Notes: generated by a model not told the origin, from the sequence alone. 64,000 bases of DNA from Parcubacteria bacterium C7867-006 (GCA_001189155.1 LFCP01000001.1:147779-211778), one strand, 5' to 3'; positions 9,410 through 19,586 are shown, counted from the stretch's first letter. Made by a program: numbers and translations.

Positions 9410-9431
9410 TAGACATTACGAAATAGATAAC

Positions 9432-9456
9432 AAAAATCCCCGAAAAGGGGATTTTT
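9432..9456. terminator. Bidirectional intrinsic terminator
   Basis: aaaaatccccgaaaaggggattttt. Confidence 0.7.
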
Positions 9457-9457
9457 G

Positions 9458-10645
9458 TTATCTTAGATCCATAAAAGCGTTTATATAGTGTACAGCTAAA
9501 CCATCAAAACTCTTGTTTGTTTTAAAGGTTTCTTTTAGTTTATTTGTTTCTTTGTTGTATCTTCTTTTGCTTGTGTTGTAGAAAGTTATATAAGATGGTT
9601 CAACATCACCTGATTCCTGGGCTATTACAATTTTTGTTCTATGTTTATCTGCAGAACTTATCTCGTCCTTCGATATGTCAATAGACCCATCTTCTCCCTG
9701 GCTGAAGTTTCTGTATGACATAACTATTATTTTACTGTTTTCTCTTCTGTCTAAAATACTTAAAAGATGATCTGTTGTAAAACCATTTATACTTTTGTAG
9801 GAGAATTTTGGGGTGTCATTATTTGTTCCATCATAAAACTCCGGTATTACAACTGATAGTTCCAGGTCGCTATTGTTTAGAGCAGATACACTTTGATTTA
9901 TTAGGTTTAGAAAGTTAACCAAAATAACCTTTTTATTTTCAGTATATTTTTCAAGTAGATAGGGTTCTATATCATACTGGAAGCCCCTAAATTTAGCTGT
10001 GTGGAACTTATTAAACTTTATAGCATAGTTTAGTGTGGCGAATGCTTTGTATGTATGACCTTCTTCAGACCAGTTTCTCCATCCAGCTTCTGCATCTACA
10101 CTAATACCATTTTTATTGGCTTCTAAAATGAAATCCTGAATAGCTTGATCAAAAGCCATTTTTTTATCAGTTTTTTCTTTTCCGTCCGGCATTATATATA
10201 TATCTAGATATGAATCTATTGATAGATAGATATTTTTTATACCATTTTTAACAGCACCAGATATTATAGATTTTCTGTATTCAGGAGTTATTTGAAGTAT
10301 TGGGGTCCATAGCCAAGTACCGTTCTCAGGACCATCTTCTATTTTCGGTCTAGTATCTTTTCTGAGTGAGCTTATTGTATTAGCTAGAAGTATTTCTTTA
10401 TCAAAAATCGCAATATTTCTGTACTTAGGGTTTGATTCTATTGCACTTTTTGATATATGGGAGTCTGAATACATAACTGGCATTACCATTTTTCGAGTTT
10501 CGGAAGAAAGTATTTTGCCTCGGTTTAAACTTTTGTTTGTATTATAGATATAGAGCAAAGAACTAAATGCTGTAACAGCCAAAAAAGAAAACATTACGGT
10601 TTTATAGTCAACTATATTTTTTTTAGCCTTATTTTTTTTGGACAT
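9458..10645 (-). CDS. Hypothetical membrane-anchored/secreted protein (395 aa)
   Basis: N-terminal TM helix, long extracytoplasmic domain; no confident family. Confidence 0.45.
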   Translation of the reverse strand: MSKKNKAKKNIVDYKTVMFSFLAVTAFSSLLYIYNTNKSLNRGKILSSETRKMVMPVMYSDSHISKSAIESNPKYRNIAIFDKEILLANTISSLRKDTRPKIEDGPENGTWLWTPILQITPEYRKSIISGAVKNGIKNIYLSIDSYLDIYIMPDGKEKTDKKMAFDQAIQDFILEANKNGISVDAEAGWRNWSEEGHTYKAFATLNYAIKFNKFHTAKFRGFQYDIEPYLLEKYTENKKVILVNFLNLINQSVSALNNSDLELSVVIPEFYDGTNNDTPKFSYKSINGFTTDHLLSILDRRENSKIIVMSYRNFSQGEDGSIDISKDEISSADKHRTKIVIAQESGDVEPSYITFYNTSKRRYNKETNKLKETFKTNKSFDGLAVHYINAFMDLR

Positions 10646-10646
10646 T

Positions 10647-12299
10647 TTAATTCTTTTTGATCATCCACTTTTTGATATCATCAAAAGTCCCGCCAACTTT
10701 TTTATTGGGATTAAATATGTTTTTAGGGTCAAATATATTTTTTGTTTCAGCAAAAAGTTTGTTTACTCTCTCTCCAAATTGTTCCAAAAGATATGGTGTT
10801 CTGATTATTCCATCGTTATGCTCAGCAGAGTTTGAGCCTTTGTATTTCTTAACAATACTGTAAACTTTTTTAGAAATTTCCAGTATTGCATCAGATGTAA
10901 AAGGAGAGTCTAGATCCATAAGTGGAATGATGTGGAAGTTCCCATTACCGAGATGTCCTTGAACCGTGTAATCTAGTTTATATTCATCCAAAATAGCTTT
11001 TATTCTTGGTAGAAATTCTGGTAGAAATTCTGGTTTAACAATTAAATCGTCTATAAAAGGTGCGGTTCTTTTACCATGAACATGTTTTCTCAATAGGTTA
11101 AAGCTCTCATGCCTTATGTCCCAGTATTTTTCTGCTTCATTACTATTTTTTGCAATATGCATTTTAAAGTGGAAATCTGTTAGATGATCTCTAACTTCGG
11201 TTAGTTTACTTATCACTTCTTCTTCTGTATTTCCACTAAACTCAATCATTAGAATAAGTTTTGGAACCCCACCAGATAAAACCATAAATGTTTCTGGTAT
11301 GAATTGGAAACCTAGTTTTAGTGCGCCCCAGAATCCAAGTTGTTTAAAAAAGTCAAAGAAAAATCTTACAGCCAGAATCATACTTTTATCATCATATGTT
11401 TCCAGACTCTCTGGTTTGTAGGGAAGTATACGAGTTACTAGCTCGCTTACTTTTTCTAAAGAAGGAAGGAAAACAACGAGTAGATTTGAGTATTTTGCTA
11501 TAGGAGTTAGATTAAAAGTTATTTCCGTCACAATTCCCAAGGTCCCTTGTGAGCCCGCGATTAGTCTGCATAGATCAAATGTCTGGTTGTCCTTATCATA
11601 AACATTCCATAGGTAGTATCCTGATGAATTTTTTGAGACATCAGGTTTTGCAGACATTATTTCATCGTAGTTCTCTTTTATAAGATCAAAAAGTTTCTTA
11701 TAGAGGTTGCCTTCAAAGTTATTTTCAGATATTTTTTGTTCTAACTCACTTATTGTCATCGGCCTGAGCTCGTATTCATTTCCATCAGAAAATACAACTT
11801 TCAGTTTTTTTAAATGATTTTCTGTTTTGCCGTATTTTATGCTTTTTTCTCCTCCAGCATTATTGGCGACCATTCCTCCAACTGCACAAATCTCTCTAGA
11901 TGCTGTATATGTGGGCATTATTTTACCAATTTTTCTTGTGGCTTTATCAAAATCTCGGTAGAAACAACCCGGCTCAACAATCCCGTAGTCATCTTTGACT
12001 TCAATAATCTTATTCATGTAACGAGTAAAATCTATGATGACAGAGTCATTCAAAGGTCCTCCACTCATATCTGTTCCTGCGGATCTAGCCGTTATTGATA
12101 GGGAAGGTTCTTTTTCTTTATTTTTGTTTAGCCATTTAACGGCATTTTGTACATCACTACTACTTTTAGGAAATAGAACTAGTTTGGGTTTTATTTCGAA
12201 GAGGCTAGCATCTCTTGAATATTTTTTTAATATTTCTTCACTGTTCTCAACATCACCCTTAAAATCTTTTTTAATTTCTTCAAGTATTTCTGTATTCAT
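10647..12299 (-). CDS. FAD-linked oxidase (GlcD/D-lactate dehydrogenase-like)
   Basis: FAD-binding PCMH-type N-terminus (SARSAGTDMSGGPL), 550 aa. Confidence 0.7.
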   Translation of the reverse strand: MNTEILEEIKKDFKGDVENSEEILKKYSRDASLFEIKPKLVLFPKSSSDVQNAVKWLNKNKEKEPSLSITARSAGTDMSGGPLNDSVIIDFTRYMNKIIEVKDDYGIVEPGCFYRDFDKATRKIGKIMPTYTASREICAVGGMVANNAGGEKSIKYGKTENHLKKLKVVFSDGNEYELRPMTISELEQKISENNFEGNLYKKLFDLIKENYDEIMSAKPDVSKNSSGYYLWNVYDKDNQTFDLCRLIAGSQGTLGIVTEITFNLTPIAKYSNLLVVFLPSLEKVSELVTRILPYKPESLETYDDKSMILAVRFFFDFFKQLGFWGALKLGFQFIPETFMVLSGGVPKLILMIEFSGNTEEEVISKLTEVRDHLTDFHFKMHIAKNSNEAEKYWDIRHESFNLLRKHVHGKRTAPFIDDLIVKPEFLPEFLPRIKAILDEYKLDYTVQGHLGNGNFHIIPLMDLDSPFTSDAILEISKKVYSIVKKYKGSNSAEHNDGIIRTPYLLEQFGERVNKLFAETKNIFDPKNIFNPNKKVGGTFDDIKKWMIKKN

Positions 12300-12350
12300 A
12301 TGTTTAGTTTAACAAATACTTTAGCTTTTCCATATAACAGAGTTAACAGA

Positions 12351-12380
12351 CTTGACGTTCTGGCTACAAAAGGTGTAGTA
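12351..12380 (+). promoter_or_regulatory. Sigma70-like promoter of GC-rich cassette A
   Basis: TTGACG (12351-56), an 18-nt spacer, then TAGTAT (12375-80). Confidence 0.5.
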
Positions 12381-12397
12381 TTTTACCCGGAGGCACG

Positions 12398-12617
12398 CAT
12401 GAGTACTGTGAAGAATATCTCTCACACACCAAACAAACACCAGGCTACCGCACAGCCCATTCGCCGAATCGTTTGTCCAGTCTGTCACATCAGCCAGCCG
12501 GACATTCGCCAGACGAAGTGTCAGAGCTGTGGTCGGTTGCTTCCGGCTCGGCCTGGCGTAGTGACTGCACCTGTTCCGTCCAAGCGGTGGTTCGGGGGGA
12601 TCGCTCCCTCCAGGTAG
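12398..12617 (+). CDS. Small zinc-ribbon protein (GC-rich cassette A)
   Basis: GGAGG (12388-92) lies 5 nt before the ATG. Product is MSTVKNISHTPNKHQATAQPIRRIVCPVCHISQPDIRQTKCQSCGRLLPARPG..., with a CPxC...CxxC zinc-ribbon motif. GC-rich codons sit inside an AT-rich genome. Confidence 0.55.
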
Positions 12618-12651
12618 ATATCCGCAAGACAGAATCCCACCTCGTGCAATA

Positions 12652-12728
12652 CCGCCATGGATCCCAGCCCATGGCAAAGCCCTCGTCGCTCGTCGTCGCT
12701 TGTCGTCGTCGTCCCCGTAGGGCTTTTT
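12652..12728 (+). terminator. Hairpins downstream of the cassette A gene
   Basis: gccatgg-atcccagc-ccatggc hairpin, then agccct...(CGT-rich loop)...agggct followed by ttttt. Confidence 0.4.
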
Positions 12729-12766
12729 CTATATTTGAAATTTTCTTTGTGCTATATTGATTCAGA

Positions 12767-13309
12767 ATGAAAGAATCTTTTATAGTTCAATTTTTTAAAA
12801 AGTGGAGACAAATAGGGGCCATAGCACCCAGTTCTATTTTTTTAGTTGAGGATATGCTTTCTGAGGTTGATTGGGATAGGGCATCAATAATTATTGAGTT
12901 GGGAGCAGGCAGTGGTACTTTTACAAAACAAATATTGAAAAAAATGAGACCAGAAGCAAAACTTTTTGTTTTTGAAATAGATCATGTTTTTTTAAAAAAA
13001 TTAAATAAAATTATTGATTCTAGAATAGTCATAGTCTCTGAATCGGCAGAAAACTTATCAAAGTACCTTGATGGTAAAAAAGCAGATTATGTTATATCTG
13101 GCATCCCTCTTTCAAATTTAGATAAACATGTAAAATCTGGCATTATTTATTCCGCTATGGAGAGTATGGTTTCTGGGGGTATATTTTTGCAGTTTCAGTA
13201 TTTCCCTGAATCACTAAATTTTCTAAAGAAGTATTTTGACGATGTTAAGCTTAAATTTACGTTCTTAAATACACCTCCAGCTTTTTATTACATTTGCCTA
13301 AAAAAGTAG
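12767..13309 (+). CDS. Class I SAM-dependent methyltransferase
   Basis: SAM motif I (IIIELGAGSGTFT). Confidence 0.65.
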   Translation: MKESFIVQFFKKWRQIGAIAPSSIFLVEDMLSEVDWDRASIIIELGAGSGTFTKQILKKMRPEAKLFVFEIDHVFLKKLNKIIDSRIVIVSESAENLSKYLDGKKADYVISGIPLSNLDKHVKSGIIYSAMESMVSGGIFLQFQYFPESLNFLKKYFDDVKLKFTFLNTPPAFYYICLKK

Positions 13310-13321
13310 TATAATTGGGGG

Positions 13322-14212
13322 ATGAAAAAAATATCAATCTTTGTCTCGGCAGTCCTTATTTTATCAGTAGGTTATTTGGTCTTTTATGGTTTTAAAAAGG
13401 GGGAAAATAAGGTGGATAGCTATAAAAATGCCACTTATACTGTTGAGGGTAATAGTGTAAAACTTGTTAATGGTTTAAATGAAATACCATCAGCTCCTGG
13501 TTCTTCATCAAAAGTAGTTACTCGATATTTTGGTAATGAGGTTTCGCACGATTTTGATGGTGATGGAAGAGATGATATCGCGTTTTTGTTAACTCAAAAT
13601 GCAGGAGGTTCTGGTACATTTTATTATCTTGTTGTGGCTTTAAATAAAGAAGATGGCTATGTTGGTGGACACGCAACAATAATTGGGGACAGAATAGCCC
13701 CTCAAACAACAGAAATAGACAGCAAAGGTTTTATTGTTGTTAATTATGCTGACAGAAAACCTGGAGAAAGTTTTTCTACTCAACCTTCAGTTGGAAAAAG
13801 TCTCTGGTTTAAGTTCGACCCAACAACTATGCAGTTGGGAGTGGTCGTACAAAATTTTGAAGGCGAGGCTGATCCGTCAAAAATGACATTAAATATGAAA
13901 ACTTGGAATTGGGTTAAGACTATTTATAATGATGGAAAAGTTATTACACCGAAAAAGGATGTTTTCACCCTAACATTTAAAGGAAATCAGTTTTCTGCAA
14001 AAACTGATTGTAATGGAGTTGGAGGAGAATATACGGTAAACAGTGGAAAGATATCATTTGATAAAATGATGTCTACTATGATGTATTGTGATGGTTCACA
14101 AGAATCAGATTTTTCAAAAATGATTGGGGAAGTTTCGAGTTATATCTTTACCTCAAAAGGTGAACTGATATTAGAGTTTAAAATGGATTCAGGTAGTATG
14201 GTATTCAAATAA
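13322..14212 (+). CDS. Secreted protein with C-terminal META/HslJ-like domain
   Basis: N-terminal TM/signal; C-terminal CNGVGGEYTVNSGKISFDKMMSTMMYCDG fits the META pattern. Confidence 0.55.
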   Translation: MKKISIFVSAVLILSVGYLVFYGFKKGENKVDSYKNATYTVEGNSVKLVNGLNEIPSAPGSSSKVVTRYFGNEVSHDFDGDGRDDIAFLLTQNAGGSGTFYYLVVALNKEDGYVGGHATIIGDRIAPQTTEIDSKGFIVVNYADRKPGESFSTQPSVGKSLWFKFDPTTMQLGVVVQNFEGEADPSKMTLNMKTWNWVKTIYNDGKVITPKKDVFTLTFKGNQFSAKTDCNGVGGEYTVNSGKISFDKMMSTMMYCDGSQESDFSKMIGEVSSYIFTSKGELILEFKMDSGSMVFK

Positions 14213-14236
14213 TTATAAGATAGTTAATATACTCAT

Positions 14237-14665
14237 ATGACACTAGAAACAGAAGAAGTTAATGGAGTAATTAGAATAAAAAATCCAGACGAGGATTTAA
14301 AAGAAATGCACTATTATGGTGATAGAGTTAGAATGTTGTACATTGGAATGTCAGTTATCCTTTTAGTTATGTCTCCTTTTGTTCAAAATAGATTACCTTA
14401 TCCAGCTCTGCTTTCTATTTTTGCTGTTTTGTTTCTTACAATGGTAGCTGGACTAATAAGTCCAAAAGCTAAAGCGATAATAATCTTGAATTTTTTAGTT
14501 TCGGTAACTGCAATTATAGTTTTTGGAAAGGAAGCTATAGTATCTTATTCACATAATCTAAGTGACATTTTCTTCTGGGGCAATGTGGTGCTATCTGTAG
14601 CATCTATTTTTGCTCTTTATTACAGCAGTAAGACATTAAGAGGTGTTTTGCTTTATAAAAAATAA
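14237..14665 (+). CDS. Integral membrane protein
   Basis: Three or four TM helices. Confidence 0.45.
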   Translation: MTLETEEVNGVIRIKNPDEDLKEMHYYGDRVRMLYIGMSVILLVMSPFVQNRLPYPALLSIFAVLFLTMVAGLISPKAKAIIILNFLVSVTAIIVFGKEAIVSYSHNLSDIFFWGNVVLSVASIFALYYSSKTLRGVLLYKK

Positions 14666-14675
14666 ATAAAAAAAT

Positions 14676-14978
14676 ATGAAAGGATTTATTGATTTTATTC
14701 GTGAGCAGGGTGTTGTTGGATTAGCTGTCGGTTTTATTTTAGGGGGTGCTGTTTCAAAAGTAGTTACAGCAATAGTGACCGACATCATAAATCCTATTTT
14801 GGGTTTGGCTTTGGGGGCTGTGGGCGGATTAAAAACAGCTTCTTTTGGTATTGGGTCAGTACGAATACTATATGGGGATTTTTTGAGTGTAACTATAGAT
14901 TTTATCGTTGTTGCTTTAGTTGTTTATTTTGGAGTAAAAATGATAGGTTTGGATAGATTAGACAAAAAGAAATCCTAA
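14676..14978 (+). CDS. mscL: Large-conductance mechanosensitive channel
   Basis: MKGFIDFIREQGVVGLAVGFILGGAVSKVVTAIVTDIINPI, the canonical MscL N-terminus. Confidence 0.85.
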   Translation: MKGFIDFIREQGVVGLAVGFILGGAVSKVVTAIVTDIINPILGLALGAVGGLKTASFGIGSVRILYGDFLSVTIDFIVVALVVYFGVKMIGLDRLDKKKS

Positions 14979-15066
14979 TTATGATATAATTTAACATTAT
15001 GGCTAAAGGAGAGACACATAAAAAAGAAAAAAAGAAACCAAAGAAAATTAAATAATTTTATTTCAG

Positions 15067-15627
15067 ATGGCTTCTTCTAATAAAAAAAGTTTTTTTATGC
15101 ATGATTTATCAATCATTGCATTAAGTGTTTTGATTGCGTTAATTTTGATTAAAACAGATATTTTGTCTGGTTTTTTGGATTCTACATCTAGCTTTAAATT
15201 TTTAGGTAGTTTCATTGCTGGAATGTTTTTTACTTCGGTTTTTACCACAGCTCCTGCTATAGCTACATTAGGAGAAATAGCCCAACATGATTCCGTTTTT
15301 GTTACAGCTATTTTTGGAGCTATGGGTGCTGTTATAGGAGATATAATTATATTTCAATTTATCAGGGATGAACTAGCTGTTCATTTTGTCGAAATTATAA
15401 AACATAATTCTCTTTGGAAGAGATTTCACACACTATTTAGATTAAAGTATTTTAGGTGGTTTACTTTTATGTTGGGAGGGATAATTATAGCTTCTCCTTT
15501 TCCAGATGAGTTGGGTATAGGCCTTTTAGGTTTTGCTAAAACAAAAACTTCTTCTTTTATACCTGTGTCTTTAGCATTTAACTTTATAGGTATTCTTATA
15601 ATAGGTTTAGTAGCTAGAACCATATAG
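15067..15627 (+). CDS. Integral membrane protein
   Basis: Multiple TM helices. Confidence 0.45.
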   Translation: MASSNKKSFFMHDLSIIALSVLIALILIKTDILSGFLDSTSSFKFLGSFIAGMFFTSVFTTAPAIATLGEIAQHDSVFVTAIFGAMGAVIGDIIIFQFIRDELAVHFVEIIKHNSLWKRFHTLFRLKYFRWFTFMLGGIIIASPFPDELGIGLLGFAKTKTSSFIPVSLAFNFIGILIIGLVARTI

Positions 15628-15651
15628 TTATTTTTTTGATATAATTATTTT

Positions 15652-16098
15652 ATGAAAAGACCAGTACTATCATTAGATGAAATTAGGAAAAATAGAAAAC
15701 CTATTCGTAATGTAAACATAGAGCACAAACAAAAACTTAGTTCTTTAGATAATTTTGCTGTTTGGATAACTCAGCATATTGGCACGATGGGATTTTTCTT
15801 TGTTATTTTTTTCTGGACTGTTATTTGGTTGGGATGGAACGTGCTAGGTCCGAGTGAGTATCAGTTTGATCCTTATCCAGCTTTTGTATTTTGGCTTTTT
15901 ATATCAAATTTAATTCAGATATTCCTTATGCCTCTCATTATGATAGGACAGAATTTACAAGGTTATCACGCTGAAAGACGTGCGGAAGCTGATTTTGAGG
16001 TTAATAAAAAAGCAGAAGAAGAGATAGAAAATATCCTCACTCATTTGGAGAATCAAAATGATATGCTTTCTGATATTCTAGAGAAACTCAATAAATAA
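15652..16098 (+). CDS. Membrane protein (possibly DUF1003-like)
   Basis: Two TM helices plus a charged C-terminal tail. Confidence 0.4.
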   Translation: MKRPVLSLDEIRKNRKPIRNVNIEHKQKLSSLDNFAVWITQHIGTMGFFFVIFFWTVIWLGWNVLGPSEYQFDPYPAFVFWLFISNLIQIFLMPLIMIGQNLQGYHAERRAEADFEVNKKAEEEIENILTHLENQNDMLSDILEKLNK

Positions 16099-16491
16099 TT
16101 AGTTTTTTTTATGTATTTCTGATTCAACCTCTTCTACTTTTTGCTCTATTCTATTTAGGGTTTTTTGAAGTTTTTCTATTTTGTCTTCTTCCGTTTCTAT
16201 TTCCTCTCTTGTTTTTTCTGTAAGCTTTTTCTCGCCAGATAGACCTGAAATTATGAGTCTATTTCCAACAAAACTTGATACAAAAACTCCGGTTATTAGT
16301 AAAATACTTGATCCGAGAATTAAAGATATAAAAGAGTTTAAACTAACATCATCGGCTATGTGCCAGACTCCTCGCCAGAAAAGTACAACACCAACTCCTC
16401 CTAAAAGCGCATACAAAAAAGGAACTCTACTGAGTCTCGCCCTGGTTTTGTCTTCAAGTTTATCAAAAAATGAGAGTATGTTTTTATGCAT
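16099..16491 (-). CDS. Membrane protein with C-terminal coiled coil
   Basis: Two TM helices, then an EEIETEEDKIEKLQKTLNRIEQKVEEVE coiled coil. Confidence 0.4.
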   Translation of the reverse strand: MHKNILSFFDKLEDKTRARLSRVPFLYALLGGVGVVLFWRGVWHIADDVSLNSFISLILGSSILLITGVFVSSFVGNRLIISGLSGEKKLTEKTREEIETEEDKIEKLQKTLNRIEQKVEEVESEIHKKN

Positions 16492-16540
16492 ATTTGGCGG
16501 TGGATTTGGTGTCAGTTAATGATACAATATTAACACAATT

Positions 16541-17293
16541 ATGATGAATACCAAAAAAGTAATAGCTTGTGATTTGGATGGAACACTAGCTCCCAGCAAA
16601 TCATCTTTATCAAGAGAAATGTCAGATGTTATACGTCAGATTTTACCAAGGTATTCTCTAGCTGTTATTTCTGGAGGTGCTTTCCCTCAGTTTCAAAAAC
16701 AGTTTTTATTTAATTTAGATTGCCCTAAGGAGCTTTATAAGAATCTATATCTATTTCCAACAATGGGCAGTACTTGTTATGTTTACGACTATGAAAAAGA
16801 TGACTGGAAACAGATTTATGAAGAAAAGTTAAGTGATGAAGAGAGAAGAGATATAATACAAGCATTTAAAGATTCTATAAATGAGTCTGGTTTAGATTTG
16901 GAGGGTGCTTATGGAGAAATACTTGAAGACAGAGGAACACAAGTGACTTTTTCTGGTAGAGGACAGAATGCTCCAATAGATGCAAAAAATTCTTGGGATC
17001 CAGATAGAACAAAGAGACAGATTCTTGTTGATTTATTAAAAAGTAAAATACCAAATTTTGATATTAGGATGGGAGGAATGAGTTCTATTGATGTCACGAG
17101 ACTTGGAGTTGATAAGGCTTATGCTATAGGTAAAATAAAAAGTCTGTTGAACGTAAATGATGATGATATTGTTTTTGTTGGTGATGCTTTGTATAAAGGT
17201 GGTAATGATGCTCCAGTTAAAAAAACTAATGTGGATTATATTCAAGAAGATGGTCCAAACGAGACTCTAGAGTTGCTTAAAAATTATATATAG
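16541..17293 (+). CDS. HAD-IIB hydrolase, phosphomannomutase (eukaryotic PMM-type)-like
   Basis: CDLDGTL motif I, ~250 aa PMM-like length, mannose-metabolism gene context. Confidence 0.6.
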   Translation: MMNTKKVIACDLDGTLAPSKSSLSREMSDVIRQILPRYSLAVISGGAFPQFQKQFLFNLDCPKELYKNLYLFPTMGSTCYVYDYEKDDWKQIYEEKLSDEERRDIIQAFKDSINESGLDLEGAYGEILEDRGTQVTFSGRGQNAPIDAKNSWDPDRTKRQILVDLLKSKIPNFDIRMGGMSSIDVTRLGVDKAYAIGKIKSLLNVNDDDIVFVGDALYKGGNDAPVKKTNVDYIQEDGPNETLELLKNYI

Positions 17294-17345
17294 GATATCA
17301 ACATATTTTTTATACAAGTTCATTTTGCTGTGATAAAATTAGGAC

Positions 17346-17687
17346 ATGAATTCAACTACCACCAAAAGACCATGGGGGTCATTTACCCGTTTTACAGATA
17401 ATGAAAATTCTACAGTAAAACTTTTAAATATAAACAAAGGCGAGCAGTTGAGTTTGCAGTATCATATGAAAAGAAGTGAGTTTTGGAGAGTTATTTCTGG
17501 TAATCCAGAAATAATCATAGATGAGCAAAAATATGATGCTAAAGAGGGGGATGAGTTTAATGTTTCAGCTGAATCAAAACATAGGATAGGAGCTCCGTAT
17601 GATGACGTGGTTATTTTAGAGATATCTAAAGGTGATTTTGATGAGAACGACATAGTTAGACTCGAGGATAAATACAATAGGGTTTAA
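17346..17687 (+). CDS. Cupin-domain protein (mannose-6-phosphate isomerase type II cupin-like)
   Basis: QYHMKRSEFWRVISGNPEIIIDEQKYDAKEGDEFNVSAESKHRIGAPYDDVVILEIS. Confidence 0.6.
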   Translation: MNSTTTKRPWGSFTRFTDNENSTVKLLNINKGEQLSLQYHMKRSEFWRVISGNPEIIIDEQKYDAKEGDEFNVSAESKHRIGAPYDDVVILEISKGDFDENDIVRLEDKYNRV

Positions 17688-19576
17688 TGAAAAAGCACAT
17701 ATTAAAATCCCAGAAAAGCATGAAAATAAGCGGCTTGCCACTTGCTGTAATTTCTTTTGCTGGAAAAGTGGCAATACTACATAAAACTTCTTCAAAAACT
17801 TCTCCAATTCTATCTTTATCTTGGAGTCATAATGGTGTTGATTTTTTGCCAGATAGTAAAAAAGTATCTATATATACAATATCAAAGAAGAAAGAAAAAA
17901 TAGAAGCTTGTATTAATTTCTCTATTTCAAATACTCCAAACGGTTTTGTGATGACCTATATTAGGGTTTCAAAAATAAAAAATAAAAATAAATTAGTAGT
18001 TGCTCGTTCAAAAGATTTGTATAGATGGGACATAAAATCAGAACTAGACCCTGGGGACTCACAGTATGGAGCGGTAGTTTATGATAGACAGAAAGATAAG
18101 TTTGAGATGTATAGAGATGGTTTATTTATTAAAAACCAACCATCTATTTCTTTGTCTGTTTGGAAAGAAAAACCTAGATTAGTTTTTACATCAAGAGTCG
18201 GTCAGTTTGATGCCGGCAGAATGTCTATTATAGGAGGAACTGTTAGTACAGACGGTGTTTTAGTTTTTTATGATGCTAGCGTGGAAAATAATACAAAAAC
18301 TTTATTGCAAGTTGGGGCAGTAATTTTTGATATTAATAATCCAAAACATATTGTTTGGAGAAGTGGAATGCCAATATGGCAAGGTATTGTTGACTCAAAA
18401 GATAAAACTAGACCTATAAAACATCTGGGTTTTTCAAATCTCGGTAAAGAACTTATTTTTTATTGGTTAACAGCAGATTCAAACATAATTATTGTAAGAA
18501 TACCCGCAATGTTTAGGGAGACGGAAGATGCTCGTCATCACCCAAAAATTATGGATAGGTTTGAAAACAATCCAATAATAGAACCAATCGCTGGTAGTCA
18601 TTGGGAAAACGAAGGAACATTTAACCCTGCAGTTGTTGAGGATGATGAGGGTATAATACATATACTTTATAGAGCTGTTGGCGGAGATGGTATATCTCGT
18701 ATTGGATATGCAAAAAGTATAGACGGGGTAAGTCTAACAGGAAGATTGCCGTACCCTGTATTTGAACCAGCGCGCGGTTACGGAATGCCAGAGCCGGGAA
18801 AAGAAATGGGGCCACAGTCTTATAATCCTTATATTTATACTTCTGGTGGAGGATGGGGTGGTTCAGAAGACCCTCGTGCTGTTAGAATAGGTGATCGTGT
18901 TTATATGCTGTATACAGCTTTTGAAGGTTGGAATTCTATGAGGATAGCTCTGACTTCAATTAGTCTAAAAGATTTTAAATCTGGTAATTGGAAATGGAGA
19001 AAACCAAAATTGATATCATCTCCAGAAAATAGAAGTAAAAATTGGTTAATATTTCCTAAAAAAATAAAAGGAAAGTTTGCTGTATTGCACAGCATAAGTC
19101 CAAAGGTCTTGGTTGATTACGTAGATGATTTGGATAAGTTTGACGATATTATCTATAGTCCAAGACCAGAAGGCCCACAACCAGGAAGAAAAAATTCTTG
19201 GGACTTTTTATTAAAAGGATCTGGTCCTCCACCAGTTTTGACGGAAAAAGGCTGGTTGCTTTTGTACCATGCTTTGGAAAAAACTGATACAGGAAAGTAT
19301 AGACTTGGTGCAATGCTTTTGGATAAAGATGATCCAACAAAAATTATCTATCGTTCAGCTCACCCTATTCTTTCACCAGATATGCACTATGAAAATGACG
19401 GTAAACCTGGTGTTGTTTACGCATCAGGAGCGCTGATAAGAGGAGAGGACTTGTATGTTTATTATGGTGGTGGAGATAAGGTTGTTTGTGTAGCAAAAAC
19501 ACAAGTTTCAAAGTTATTAAAATATCTTGCTACAGGAAGCGCAAAACATTATCAGCTGGATAAAGCTAAATCATAA
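17687..19576 (+). CDS. Glycoside hydrolase family 130-like (beta-mannoside phosphorylase), tandem-domain protein
   Basis: Repeated GH130 signatures (GSEDPRAVRIGDRVYMLYTAFEGWN; WLLLYHALEKTD...YRLGAMLLDKDDPTKI); 629 aa. Confidence 0.65.
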   Translation: MKKHILKSQKSMKISGLPLAVISFAGKVAILHKTSSKTSPILSLSWSHNGVDFLPDSKKVSIYTISKKKEKIEACINFSISNTPNGFVMTYIRVSKIKNKNKLVVARSKDLYRWDIKSELDPGDSQYGAVVYDRQKDKFEMYRDGLFIKNQPSISLSVWKEKPRLVFTSRVGQFDAGRMSIIGGTVSTDGVLVFYDASVENNTKTLLQVGAVIFDINNPKHIVWRSGMPIWQGIVDSKDKTRPIKHLGFSNLGKELIFYWLTADSNIIIVRIPAMFRETEDARHHPKIMDRFENNPIIEPIAGSHWENEGTFNPAVVEDDEGIIHILYRAVGGDGISRIGYAKSIDGVSLTGRLPYPVFEPARGYGMPEPGKEMGPQSYNPYIYTSGGGWGGSEDPRAVRIGDRVYMLYTAFEGWNSMRIALTSISLKDFKSGNWKWRKPKLISSPENRSKNWLIFPKKIKGKFAVLHSISPKVLVDYVDDLDKFDDIIYSPRPEGPQPGRKNSWDFLLKGSGPPPVLTEKGWLLLYHALEKTDTGKYRLGAMLLDKDDPTKIIYRSAHPILSPDMHYENDGKPGVVYASGALIRGEDLYVYYGGGDKVVCVAKTQVSKLLKYLATGSAKHYQLDKAKS

Positions 19577-19586
19577 TATCAAAAAT

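Noticed and set aside
12321-12760. Alternative ORFs in cassette A (118 aa and 60 aa minus, 95 aa plus); RNase P/tmRNA/SRP RNA hypothesis
   Set aside because: Only the 12398..12617 frame has promoter plus SD plus a zinc-ribbon motif. Universal RNase P (GGAAAGUCCGG...ACAGAA.CCGGCUUA), tmRNA (tRNA-like T-loop plus CCA end, ANDENYALAA-type tag) and SRP (GGAA tetraloop helix 8) motifs were not found by eye, although the CGUCGUCGUCC run superficially recalls M1 RNA.
17880-18000. A/T-rich run with aaaaataaaaataaaaataaa
   Set aside because: Simple low-complexity sequence coding a Lys/Asn-rich linker inside the GH130 gene; not a repeat element.
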